Source: an uncultured Oleiharenicola sp. (lineage in GTDB: Bacteria > Verrucomicrobiota > Verrucomicrobiia > Opitutales > Opitutaceae). From it: a stretch of DNA of 64,000 nt. Below the pieces are notes generated by a model that saw only the letters and a program-made list of their open reading frames with translations, did no database searches and was not told the DNA's origin. Each line of letters opens with the position of its first letter. The first letter of the stretch is position 1. This document shows, piece by piece, positions 9,442 through 18,102 of the stretch. Both the position numbers and the translations under genes were made by a program. The stretch is taken from assembly GCA_964515595.1 (NCBI GenBank), contig CAZEUN010000001.1, positions 246,282 through 310,281 on the forward strand, in the 5' to 3' direction.

Positions 9442-12180
9442 TCAGGGCGAAGTCACGATCACGTTGTCGAAGTCCGCCGCGACGTAGTTGGTGCCCAGCG
9501 CCGCCTTGCCGGCGGGCAGGCCGGCGCCGCTGTTGCTGGTGTCGGTTGCCTCCACCATCAGCACGCCGTTGACGTAACCGCGCAGCTGAACCGGGTTCGT
9601 GCCCGACACCTCCAGGCGCAGGTTGTACCATTCGCCGAGGGTCACGGGAGTCGACGCGTGAGCCGCCGGGGTGAACTCGGTCGGCACGCCAGCGGCCAAT
9701 TTCTTCAATTCCACCGTGTTCGCGTCCGCGCGCAGGAGGAGGTAGTAGGCATTCGACGCATCCGAATGACGCGCATAAACGGCCGCGAAGCGATTCGTGC
9801 CGCTCTCGGCCGCGATCTTCACGTCCGCCTGCACCGTCTGGGAACTCACGTTCGTGCCGGTCACCGTGCGGCCCGACACGGAGGCCTGGCTGGTGAACTG
9901 GTAGACCCCGCCGGCGGCCTGCCAATAGGCGGTCGGCGCATCGGGCGTCCAGCCCGCCGTGCTGTTGGTGTCAAAGTCGCTGAGCGATTGCTGCACATCG
10001 GTCGCGTACGGGCTCGCGAAAACATCGTCGAAGCGCGCCTCGGCGTAGTTGGTCCCGACTGCGGCGAAGCCCGGCGGGAGCGGATTGCTGTCCGTGGCGC
10101 TGAGGTTGACCACCGCGCTCGTGCTCAGGTTGGTGACTTGCGCCGCCAGCGACGCGGCCGCGCCGGGAGCGGGATTGTTGACGGAAATGCGCACGGCGTA
10201 GGTCGTGCCCGTGGTGATGCTGAAGTTCGCCTCGGCGAGCGTCGTGATCAAAGTGGAGCTCGCGCCCTGGGTGATCTTCTTCAGTTCCACCTTGGTGGTG
10301 GAACCGTTCCGGAGGGTGACGTAGTAGGCATTGAACGGATCCTGGTAGCGCGCGTAAACGCGCACGAACCCGTTCGCATTGGAGAAGTTCACCGGCTTCA
10401 CCTTCGCCTCGACCACCTGGTTGAAGAAATTCGTGTTGATCAGAAAGGCCTGCGCATCGCCGCCGGTGTACGTTTGCGCCAGCTCCTTGGTGCCGGTCGG
10501 GACCGACCAGGCGCCGGAAACATCATCCGGATACCAGCCTCTCATGTCGTCGTCGCTGAACGTGTCGAAGGTCGCGATGCGCTGGTCGCCCTCGATGTTC
10601 CAAGCCGCATAATGGAGTGCCTCCTCCAGGTTGGTGTAGCCATCGCCATCAGGATCCTGATCCGGATTGGCTGGCAGGACAAAGTTCGCGGTTCTAACGA
10701 GATCGACCGGCGCCCACGGATTGGTCGCGGGGTCCAATCGCTCAACGAACGAGTTCGACCGCGCCTGAATGTTGCCGAAAAGAGCGGCGTCAAGCGGGTC
10801 GCGGCGCGCCGTGAATTTGCCGGCGTTCGATACCAGCTTGGCCTCCAGCACCGTCCGGTCGGCGGCCAGCGTCGATCCGGGTACGACGCGCGTCGACCAG
10901 GGCGTCCACTTCCAGTCACCGGAATTGGCATGCGGGTCGGTGGTATACTCCTTGGTGACCGGAGGAGTCGTCGAGCGGTCGCGGAAAAACGACGAGTCAT
11001 ATTGGTTCGTCACCGGCGACGGGAACCAGCCCGCGGAAATCGGCGGGGTCGTGGAAGAAGCAAGATTCAGCAGGCGGTTTTCGGACAGATAAGTGGTCAC
11101 GTTCGGAGTGCTGTTATCGATCACGTAGAAACCTTGGGCGGCGTTACCCGTGCCTGTTTCCGGGATGGTCTGGTCACCATTGGGCCCATGGAGCGTATAG
11201 GGCTGGCGGAGCACCACGTTGCCGACGGCGGAAACCGTCAGGTCGAACAAGTCATCTCCCGCATCAATGGTGCCGATATATATGGCCCGCTTCTCCCCGT
11301 ATCTGGGGTTATAGATGAAGTTGTTCGCGATTTGCACACCGCGGGCCATGTCGCGAATGAGCGGATTCCGCTCCAAGTTGAAGGCCATCACGTTTCGGAT
11401 CAGGGAAACGTTGTCGGTGTGCGGTCCCACGACCGGTCCATAACCGTGCGCGCCTCCGTTGGGATGACCGGCGTAAATCACCGGTTGCCCCACTAACGAG
11501 CGAGAAATCGTGACGCCATCGACCTCCCCATAGGGCAGAGGTCCGTCGACGCCACCGGTGTCTCGTTTGTCGTCGGGGTCACTCGACCAAAATGACACCA
11601 CTTCGTCCGTGGACCAGCTGCACGAGACGTGATCGAAGACCACGTTCGACACCGTTCCGCTCGATGGCGTAATCTTGATGCAGTCGCGGTTGTCGATTCC
11701 CGCGAGTTTCCACTGATCGGTGACATTCGCATGCAGGTAGTTTCCCGGGCGGATCGCGAGGTGTTGCACCAGCACGTCGTGGCCCAGCACCATGATCGCG
11801 CCGTTGCGCAGCGTGATTCCCGGCCAAGGGGCCGTTTGGCCGGCGATAGTCAGGTAGCTGTGGTTGGCCCGGACGATCAAATCGCCCTGCAGCTGAATCA
11901 CCCCCGAAGTGTCGAAGACGATTACCGTGGGCGTATTGGCCAGGCTCGAGTGCTCCACACCATATCGCAAGGTGCCCGGCACCAAGCCGGCATTGTTCAA
12001 GGCGGGGTCATCCAGTCGGGTCACTCGATAGACGTTGGTGGCGCCGCGGGCGGCCGCGGACTGGCTACCGAAGCCAACAATGCCGGGGACGACCGGGATG
12101 GCTTGAAGGGATTGAAGGGAGACCAACAGCAAGCCGAGCGCGGGAAGCATTCGGCTGCGCATTGTACAGTGCGTTTTCAT
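9442..12180 (-). CDS. PL1 pectate-lyase-like protein, paralog 3 (canonical uninterrupted beta-helix plus two C-terminal ConA-like modules)
   Basis: TIAGQTAPWPGI; NRDC; FDHVSCSWSTDE; GHPNGGAHGYG short loop; RNPLIR (RxPxxR); DPDGDGYTNLEE. Start at MKTHCT (12180). Confidence 0.87.
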   Translation of the reverse strand: MKTHCTMRSRMLPALGLLLVSLQSLQAIPVVPGIVGFGSQSAAARGATNVYRVTRLDDPALNNAGLVPGTLRYGVEHSSLANTPTVIVFDTSGVIQLQGDLIVRANHSYLTIAGQTAPWPGITLRNGAIMVLGHDVLVQHLAIRPGNYLHANVTDQWKLAGIDNRDCIKITPSSGTVSNVVFDHVSCSWSTDEVVSFWSSDPDDKRDTGGVDGPLPYGEVDGVTISRSLVGQPVIYAGHPNGGAHGYGPVVGPHTDNVSLIRNVMAFNLERNPLIRDMARGVQIANNFIYNPRYGEKRAIYIGTIDAGDDLFDLTVSAVGNVVLRQPYTLHGPNGDQTIPETGTGNAAQGFYVIDNSTPNVTTYLSENRLLNLASSTTPPISAGWFPSPVTNQYDSSFFRDRSTTPPVTKEYTTDPHANSGDWKWTPWSTRVVPGSTLAADRTVLEAKLVSNAGKFTARRDPLDAALFGNIQARSNSFVERLDPATNPWAPVDLVRTANFVLPANPDQDPDGDGYTNLEEALHYAAWNIEGDQRIATFDTFSDDDMRGWYPDDVSGAWSVPTGTKELAQTYTGGDAQAFLINTNFFNQVVEAKVKPVNFSNANGFVRVYARYQDPFNAYYVTLRNGSTTKVELKKITQGASSTLITTLAEANFSITTGTTYAVRISVNNPAPGAAASLAAQVTNLSTSAVVNLSATDSNPLPPGFAAVGTNYAEARFDDVFASPYATDVQQSLSDFDTNSTAGWTPDAPTAYWQAAGGVYQFTSQASVSGRTVTGTNVSSQTVQADVKIAAESGTNRFAAVYARHSDASNAYYLLLRADANTVELKKLAAGVPTEFTPAAHASTPVTLGEWYNLRLEVSGTNPVQLRGYVNGVLMVEATDTSNSGAGLPAGKAALGTNYVAADFDNVIVTSP

Positions 12181-12360
12181 CAGGTTATGGGGTTGACTGC
12201 GAGTTGGTGCTGCCGATGAAAAACAATTCCTTGGTGACCTGATCGGAAATGGAGGGCCGCTGCTTGCCGGCGAGCCGTCGGGCGCATGCGGTCGCCATCC
12301 CCGGCCCCGCGACCAGCGCGGGCCCTCCATTGATTTTTTTATGGCGCGATGCTCATGCGA

Positions 12361-15300
12361 TCAGGGTGCGATCACGCTCACGTCGTCGAAGTCCGCCGCG
12401 GCGCCCGCGGTCGCGAGCACCAGCTGGCCGGCGGGGTACGCGTCGTCGACCGCCTGGAGCAACAGGTTGCCGTCGCGATAGACCTTGAAGGAATTCCCCA
12501 CGGCGTTGAGCCGGAGGGCGACAACGGTGCCAGCCGTCACCGGGGTCGTCGCGGTCGCGAGCGTGGTCACGGCGGCGCCCTCGACCTTGAGCAACTCGAG
12601 CTTGTTGCCGTCCCGCAGCGCGACCGCGTAGTGATGCGTCGCGTCCACGTAGCGGAAGAGGAAGCCCGCCCAGCCGCCGGTCTGGCCGAAGCTGCGCGGC
12701 GTCACATCCAACTCAACGATCTGATCCGCCCAACCCGGCTGGCCGGTCACCGCCCGCGCCGGCGCGGCCGGATCCGCCTGGCGGTAAACCTGCGAATTGG
12801 CCGATTCCACGGACCAGGTCCCGGCCTCGGCCACCCAGGCCGTCGCGCCGTGCTCAAAGTCATCGGTCGCCAGCACCGGGCTGATCGGCGTCGGGTCGAG
12901 GTGCACATCGTCAAAGGCCACCTCCGTGAAATACGTGAGCAAGCCCGGGGCGCCGGAGGCGAAGGTCGCGTCCGACGCCTGGAGCTTGAGCTGGCCGTTC
13001 ACGTAGCCCTTCAACGTTGTTCCGACCACCTCCAGGGCGAGGCGATAAGTCGTGTTGGGTGCGACCGTGAACGCGACCGGGTTCACCAGATTCGCCGCGG
13101 TGTTGTTCACGATCTTCTTCAACTCGATCGTGTTGTTGGTGCGCAGGACCAGATAGTAGTAGTCGTTCAGCCCCTGCCGGCGCGCGACCACGCCGAAGAA
13201 GCGGTTCGAGCCGCTCACCGACAGCAGTTTCACGTCGGCTTCGACGAGCGTGTCCGCCCAGTTCACGTCACGGGTCGCGCGAATCGCCACCGACGTCTTG
13301 TCGGATTGCCGCCACGTGTGCGTGCCGGGTTCCTCCGTGAGCGTCCAGGTGCCGCCATCCGGCGTCCAGGCCGCGGTCGAGCCGCTCTCGAAGGTGTCGA
13401 AGATCGCGTTGGCCACGCTGACCGTCACCGGCGCCGACTCCGTCAGGTGCCCGGCGGCGTCGCGGGCCACCGCCGTCAGCGCATAGGACGTCTCGGTGAG
13501 CGGCACGGTATTCCAGGCCGCCGTGTATGGCGGCGCGGTGACCTCCGCGCCCAAGGCGGTGCCATTGACCTTGAACTGCACGCCCGCGATTCCGACGTCG
13601 TCGCTGGACTCGGCGGTCAGGGTGACCACGCCGCCGACCTTTGCGCCGTCCGCGGGCGAGGTCAGCGTGATCGAGGGGGCGTGTTGGTCGGAGACCGTGA
13701 TCGCCACGGCCGCCGAAGTGGTCGCATGCCCCGCGGCATCCCGGGCGATGGCCGCCAGCGTGTGCGCACCGGGGGCCGTCGACGCCGTGTTCCAATTCGT
13801 CGCATAGGGCGGCGTTGCGAGCTCGGGGCCGAAGTTGGCGCCGTCGAGCAGGAACTGCACGCCGGTCACGGCCACGTCATCTGCCGCCGTGGCGCTGAGC
13901 GTCACCACACCGCCCAGCGACGTGCCGGCGGCCGGCGCGGTCAACGCGACCGTCGGCGGGATCTGGTCGGCAACGGTGACCTGCACCGCGGCCGAGGTCG
14001 TGAAGTTGCCCTCAAAATCGCGGGCCACGGCGGTCAGCACGTGGCTGCCCGGCGCCGTCGCGAGCGTGGGCCAGCTGACGCCGAACGGCGCGGTCATGTC
14101 CTCGAGACCGAGCGCGGCTCCGTCGAGTTGGAACTGCACAGCCGCAACGCCGGCGTTGTCCGTCGCCGTGGCGAGCACCTCGACCGTGCCGTTTACCGTG
14201 GCTGCCGCGGCGGGCGCCGTGATCGCCACGATCGGGGCGGTTTGATCGGACGGATTGGCGAGCGTGCCATTGCCATTGATCGTGAACCGGTCCGCAACCA
14301 CATGGCCGGCGAGCTGCGTGCTGCCATTGACAATCACCGTGCCCTGCGGGGCGATGATCGAACCGTAGCAGGCGACGTTGCCGTTCAACGTGATTCCGCC
14401 GGAGGCCACGCGCACCTCGAGCCATTCCGGATGCGCGGCATTGCCCAGGCTGGCGTTGAACGAAGTGCCGCTCGCGAGGGTCAGCACGACCGGCCCGACA
14501 ACCTCGAGCGCGCGGTTGCCGTTCAGCGTGAGGCCTTGCAAATTATAGACCGCGGGCGTGGTCGCACCGGCGATGCCCAGCTGGAAGTTGCTCCCGCCGT
14601 TCGCCGTGAAACGGCCGTAGGTGCCGGGGGGCACCGCCACGATGCCGACGTTGCCGTTGAGCGTGAGGTCGCGGAGTGTGGCGAAGTCGCCGGCCCCCTG
14701 CCCCGTCGAGTTGATCGACACATTCCTCGTGCCGGTCGGCGCCGGAGGAGCGCTCACGACGGGCAACGCAATCGGATCCACGTGCCGCAGCAGGCTGCCG
14801 AGACGCGCGTTGCCGTTGAGCGTAATGCGGTGCGTGGTCGGAGTCGCAGCGCCCGGACCGTCGCTCACGCCGCCATAAGTCGGATGGCCGTTGAGCTGGA
14901 CGGTCGGCGTGCCGGGCACAAGGAGCTGCCGGTCAACCGCCGCGTTGCCATTCAGGGTGATGTCTTCCGGCAGCAAAACCTGGATCGAGCCGCCCACCGC
15001 GCCGTTCAGCGTCGGGGCATGGTTCACCAGGATGTCCGGCAGGATCGTGAGCGTGGTCGTGATGCTGCCGGCGAAATTCGGATCGGTCACCGTGGCGACG
15101 ACCGTGTAGGTTCCCGGGAGCGTCGGCGGCGTGGTCGAGCCGTTGTAAGTGATCGTGACCGGCAGGCCGTCGGGGACCGTCGTGACCGTCGCGGGTTTCG
15201 CGCTGCCGGAATAAGAGAAGGCGAGCTGACCAAAGGCAACCGTCACCGGCACCTTATTGACCGTGAGCGTGGCGGGCACACTCGTGACCGAGCCAAACGC

Positions 15301-17982
15301 GTTCGTGACGACGACGGAATAGTCAGCCGCCGCGGAGGTTTGCACGGCCGGCAGGGTCAACGACGGCGCCGAGGGCGCGCCGAGCGCCACGCCGTTGCGC
15401 TGCCACTCGTACGTGAGTTCCGGGGTGCCGGTGGCCGCCACCGTGAAGGTGACGGTGTCGCCCGAGGTCACGGTCTGCGAGGCCGGTTGCGTGGCGATCG
15501 CCGGTTCATGGGTGAGCACCGTGACGGTGAAATCGCGCGTGCTGGTGTTGCCCGCCGCGTCCGTTGCCGTGACGTGCACGCTCGTCACGCCCGGCGCAAA
15601 CAGGCTGCCCGAGGCGGGCGTGACAGTCGGCGTCACATTGCCATCCACCGCATCGAGCGCGGAAACATCGAAGGACACGCTCGCGCCGTCGGGGCCGGTC
15701 GCATCGGTCGTCAGGTCGCCGGGCGCCGTGATGACGGGCGCGAGGATGTCGGTCCCCGTCACCGTGACATCGTCCACATTGGGCAGTCCGGCCGCGGTGC
15801 CCTGGATGCTGACCACATTATTGGTGCCGCCGGCCAGGGTCGCGGGGACATCCAGCAGAACCCAGGCACTCGCGCCGCCCGTCGGGGCGAACGTGACGCC
15901 CTGCGCCGCTCCATTCACGACCACGGTCGCGCTGCGCGCCGCGCCGTCCAGCGCGTAGCGAATCCGCAGATACCGGGCGCCGCCCGTGCCGCCGTCGACC
16001 TTGTAGAAAGTCACCGTGCCGGCGCCGGGCGCGGTCACGTACCCGGTGCCATCCGGGCCGGCGGTGCCGGTCACGATGACACTGCCGCCTCCGAGCTGGG
16101 CGAACTCCGCCTGGTAATTGTTGCCGGCCACCGCCGTGCCCTCGAGGGCGTCCGACAATTGCTGCAGCCATTGCTCGATGTTGGTGTAGCCATCGTGGTC
16201 GTCATCGTCGTTCGGATTCGCGGGCAACGTCCAGGTCGCGGGATTTTGCGCATAGACCGGCCAGCCGCCCGCCTCGATCACGTTGTTCTTGGTCTTGCCC
16301 GGACGCTGCAGGAGCGCGGGCTGCGTGGCGCCCACCGCGATGTCATTCATGACGCGGACTTCCATGATGTCGCGATCGTTCGGGCGCGCGCCCACGGAAA
16401 GGAGGACGGCCCGATAAGCTTCAGTGGACGGCAGCGGCATGTAGCCATCCGTGCCGTGGCCACCCTCGATCGGGCTGCTCGTGACGCGGTAAGGTTCAAG
16501 CAAGGGGTCGTAAAGCGGCGAGGCATTGGTACGATCGCCCGGATCGTAAGTGTTGTCGGTTTCGAACAGCCGCGAGCCGGCCGCAATTTTCTGGCGCGCG
16601 ATGGCGGGCCGGGCGGACGTGCCCATGTTCTGGCCATCGATAAACGTGTTGCCGACCATCGTCGCGTTCATCGGATCGGGCCAGTAGTCGGTGTTGCCCA
16701 TCATCGCGAAGCGGTTGCGCCGGTTATAAAACACGTTGTTCACCATCTGGAATTGCTTGGCGGCGACCCAAGGCCCGCGCTCGAGGATGTGCGCGATGAC
16801 GTTATTATTGAACGACAGGCGACCGGTACCTTCCTTGCCGGAACCGAAGAGCGGTCCCATGGCGTGGCCTTGGGAGAACGAAAAGAGATCAATGCCGATC
16901 TTCCAGCCGGTGCTGGCCGGATTCCGCCCCATCACGGTTACCCGGACCTTAAGCTCGGTGGTGCCGAGAGGGACCGTGAAGCCGTTGATATCGGTGCGCC
17001 CCACGTAGGAAACTGCCTCAGACGTCGGAGAGTACTCGTCGAACACGATGCTTTCCTGGAGCGATGTGCCGTCCATCGTCCACACCTGCAGCTTGAACCG
17101 GGCACGGTCGGGACCGGTGATGCCTCCCAGCACGATGTGTTCCTCGGTAAATTGATTGGTGGTCGGCAGCGTCTTGACGATGAAATCGAGCGTGGCGCCG
17201 TCGCCGGACGCTTCCCATTCGCGATACGAACCGCCGATGGCGGCGGGGTGTGTGACCGGGACCGGATCGCCGAAGCCCGTCGGCGTGACCGCGAGATCCT
17301 CCACCGCCGGCGGCACGTTATTGGGGAAGGTGCCCTCATCCAGGTGAATGGAGCGGAAAAGCGGCTCAGCGAAGATGCACTTGTTGAAAGTCACGTCTTC
17401 ATATGCATTCCACGTGCTGGCCATCTCATCGAGGGACCACGCGAACGTGCAGTGATCGAACACGACATTCCGGATCACCGTCGAGTTGCCGGAGTCCGCG
17501 GCCACGGCGTCACGGTTGCTGGTGTTGGGATTCGGCAGCCAGCGGTCGCCGGGGCGAACCCGCAGGTGCTGGATGAGAACGTTGCTCGTGGCCACGACGA
17601 GCGGCTGGCCGTGCAACGCGATGCCCGGCGACGGCGCGGTCTGCCCCGCGATGGTCAGGTTGGGTGACCGGATCGCGAGCACCTTCTGCAGTTCAATGAT
17701 CCCGCTGACGTCGAAGACGACGACGCGCGCGCCGCTGACCTTCACCGCGGCGCGCAGGGAGCCGGGCGTGGGCGTCGTGTCGTTCCCGTTGTCCGCGAGC
17801 GTCGTGACGTGAACGATCTTCGAGGTGGCCCCGAATCCCGCGGTGTTGCTGGCGCGGTCGAGGCCGTAGCCGTAGACTCCGGGGAGCAGTTGCGGGGCGG
17901 CTTGGAGGTTGGACAGTCCGAGCGAAAGCGCGGCGAAAGACAGGGCCTTCGTGATCACGCGCAGGATTTTGACAGATTTCAT
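12361..17982 (-). CDS. Giant multimodular PL1 pectate-lyase-like protein, paralog 4: PL1 with insert, CBM35/CBM6-like, HYR, Ig, MBG-like, LNGN-repeat solenoid, 3x bacterial Ig, 2x ConA-like
   Basis: PL1 motifs as in paralog 1. YQAE...G.GYV...RYA...VNG...PTGG...W...PNVD (CBM35-like). APVITAP...ASGSLF..G...TATDAAGN (HYR). TQPASQTV...TFTV...YEW (Ig). Three P(T/I)V.(I/L)TAP...D..GV..VQF..G..LG.E....P(F/Y)...W.T repeats. Confidence 0.87.
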   Translation of the reverse strand: MKSVKILRVITKALSFAALSLGLSNLQAAPQLLPGVYGYGLDRASNTAGFGATSKIVHVTTLADNGNDTTPTPGSLRAAVKVSGARVVVFDVSGIIELQKVLAIRSPNLTIAGQTAPSPGIALHGQPLVVATSNVLIQHLRVRPGDRWLPNPNTSNRDAVAADSGNSTVIRNVVFDHCTFAWSLDEMASTWNAYEDVTFNKCIFAEPLFRSIHLDEGTFPNNVPPAVEDLAVTPTGFGDPVPVTHPAAIGGSYREWEASGDGATLDFIVKTLPTTNQFTEEHIVLGGITGPDRARFKLQVWTMDGTSLQESIVFDEYSPTSEAVSYVGRTDINGFTVPLGTTELKVRVTVMGRNPASTGWKIGIDLFSFSQGHAMGPLFGSGKEGTGRLSFNNNVIAHILERGPWVAAKQFQMVNNVFYNRRNRFAMMGNTDYWPDPMNATMVGNTFIDGQNMGTSARPAIARQKIAAGSRLFETDNTYDPGDRTNASPLYDPLLEPYRVTSSPIEGGHGTDGYMPLPSTEAYRAVLLSVGARPNDRDIMEVRVMNDIAVGATQPALLQRPGKTKNNVIEAGGWPVYAQNPATWTLPANPNDDDDHDGYTNIEQWLQQLSDALEGTAVAGNNYQAEFAQLGGGSVIVTGTAGPDGTGYVTAPGAGTVTFYKVDGGTGGARYLRIRYALDGAARSATVVVNGAAQGVTFAPTGGASAWVLLDVPATLAGGTNNVVSIQGTAAGLPNVDDVTVTGTDILAPVITAPGDLTTDATGPDGASVSFDVSALDAVDGNVTPTVTPASGSLFAPGVTSVHVTATDAAGNTSTRDFTVTVLTHEPAIATQPASQTVTSGDTVTFTVAATGTPELTYEWQRNGVALGAPSAPSLTLPAVQTSAAADYSVVVTNAFGSVTSVPATLTVNKVPVTVAFGQLAFSYSGSAKPATVTTVPDGLPVTITYNGSTTPPTLPGTYTVVATVTDPNFAGSITTTLTILPDILVNHAPTLNGAVGGSIQVLLPEDITLNGNAAVDRQLLVPGTPTVQLNGHPTYGGVSDGPGAATPTTHRITLNGNARLGSLLRHVDPIALPVVSAPPAPTGTRNVSINSTGQGAGDFATLRDLTLNGNVGIVAVPPGTYGRFTANGGSNFQLGIAGATTPAVYNLQGLTLNGNRALEVVGPVVLTLASGTSFNASLGNAAHPEWLEVRVASGGITLNGNVACYGSIIAPQGTVIVNGSTQLAGHVVADRFTINGNGTLANPSDQTAPIVAITAPAAAATVNGTVEVLATATDNAGVAAVQFQLDGAALGLEDMTAPFGVSWPTLATAPGSHVLTAVARDFEGNFTTSAAVQVTVADQIPPTVALTAPAAGTSLGGVVTLSATAADDVAVTGVQFLLDGANFGPELATPPYATNWNTASTAPGAHTLAAIARDAAGHATTSAAVAITVSDQHAPSITLTSPADGAKVGGVVTLTAESSDDVGIAGVQFKVNGTALGAEVTAPPYTAAWNTVPLTETSYALTAVARDAAGHLTESAPVTVSVANAIFDTFESGSTAAWTPDGGTWTLTEEPGTHTWRQSDKTSVAIRATRDVNWADTLVEADVKLLSVSGSNRFFGVVARRQGLNDYYYLVLRTNNTIELKKIVNNTAANLVNPVAFTVAPNTTYRLALEVVGTTLKGYVNGQLKLQASDATFASGAPGLLTYFTEVAFDDVHLDPTPISPVLATDDFEHGATAWVAEAGTWSVESANSQVYRQADPAAPARAVTGQPGWADQIVELDVTPRSFGQTGGWAGFLFRYVDATHHYAVALRDGNKLELLKVEGAAVTTLATATTPVTAGTVVALRLNAVGNSFKVYRDGNLLLQAVDDAYPAGQLVLATAGAAADFDDVSVIAP

Positions 17983-18102
17983 GGGGCAGCGAAATTCGAC
18001 GATGGGTGCCGGGGGGCGTCCCTGCCCTCCCGGCCTCTATTTTTGCCGACGCCGCGGCGCCAGCGGCAGGCATGGGACGCCTGCCGTTGCCCTGCGCGGG
18101 GG

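Noticed and set aside
9442-12180. Impression of lower GC in PL1 paralog 3 suggesting separate acquisition
   Set aside because: Visual impression only; it needs a computed GC3/codon-usage comparison before any claim.
13410-14240. Three ~95-aa tandem repeats in PL1 paralog 4 as a novel repeat
   Set aside because: They match the common bacterial Ig-like spacer pattern; ordinary.
12349-17667. Very long plus-strand ORF (1772 aa) and similar antisense ORFs (30-1967, 3175-5040, 9430-11496, 17809-20571, 49579-51843, 53976-55913 and others)
   Set aside because: They are shadow frames opposite clearly recognisable genes. They are Arg/Gly/Ala-rich with no motifs, as expected from high-GC codon bias lacking antisense stops.
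18060-18090. Hairpin CGGCAGGC...GCCTGCCG after the TBDR as a terminator
   Set aside because: No U-tract on the coding strand and a weak stem; not called.
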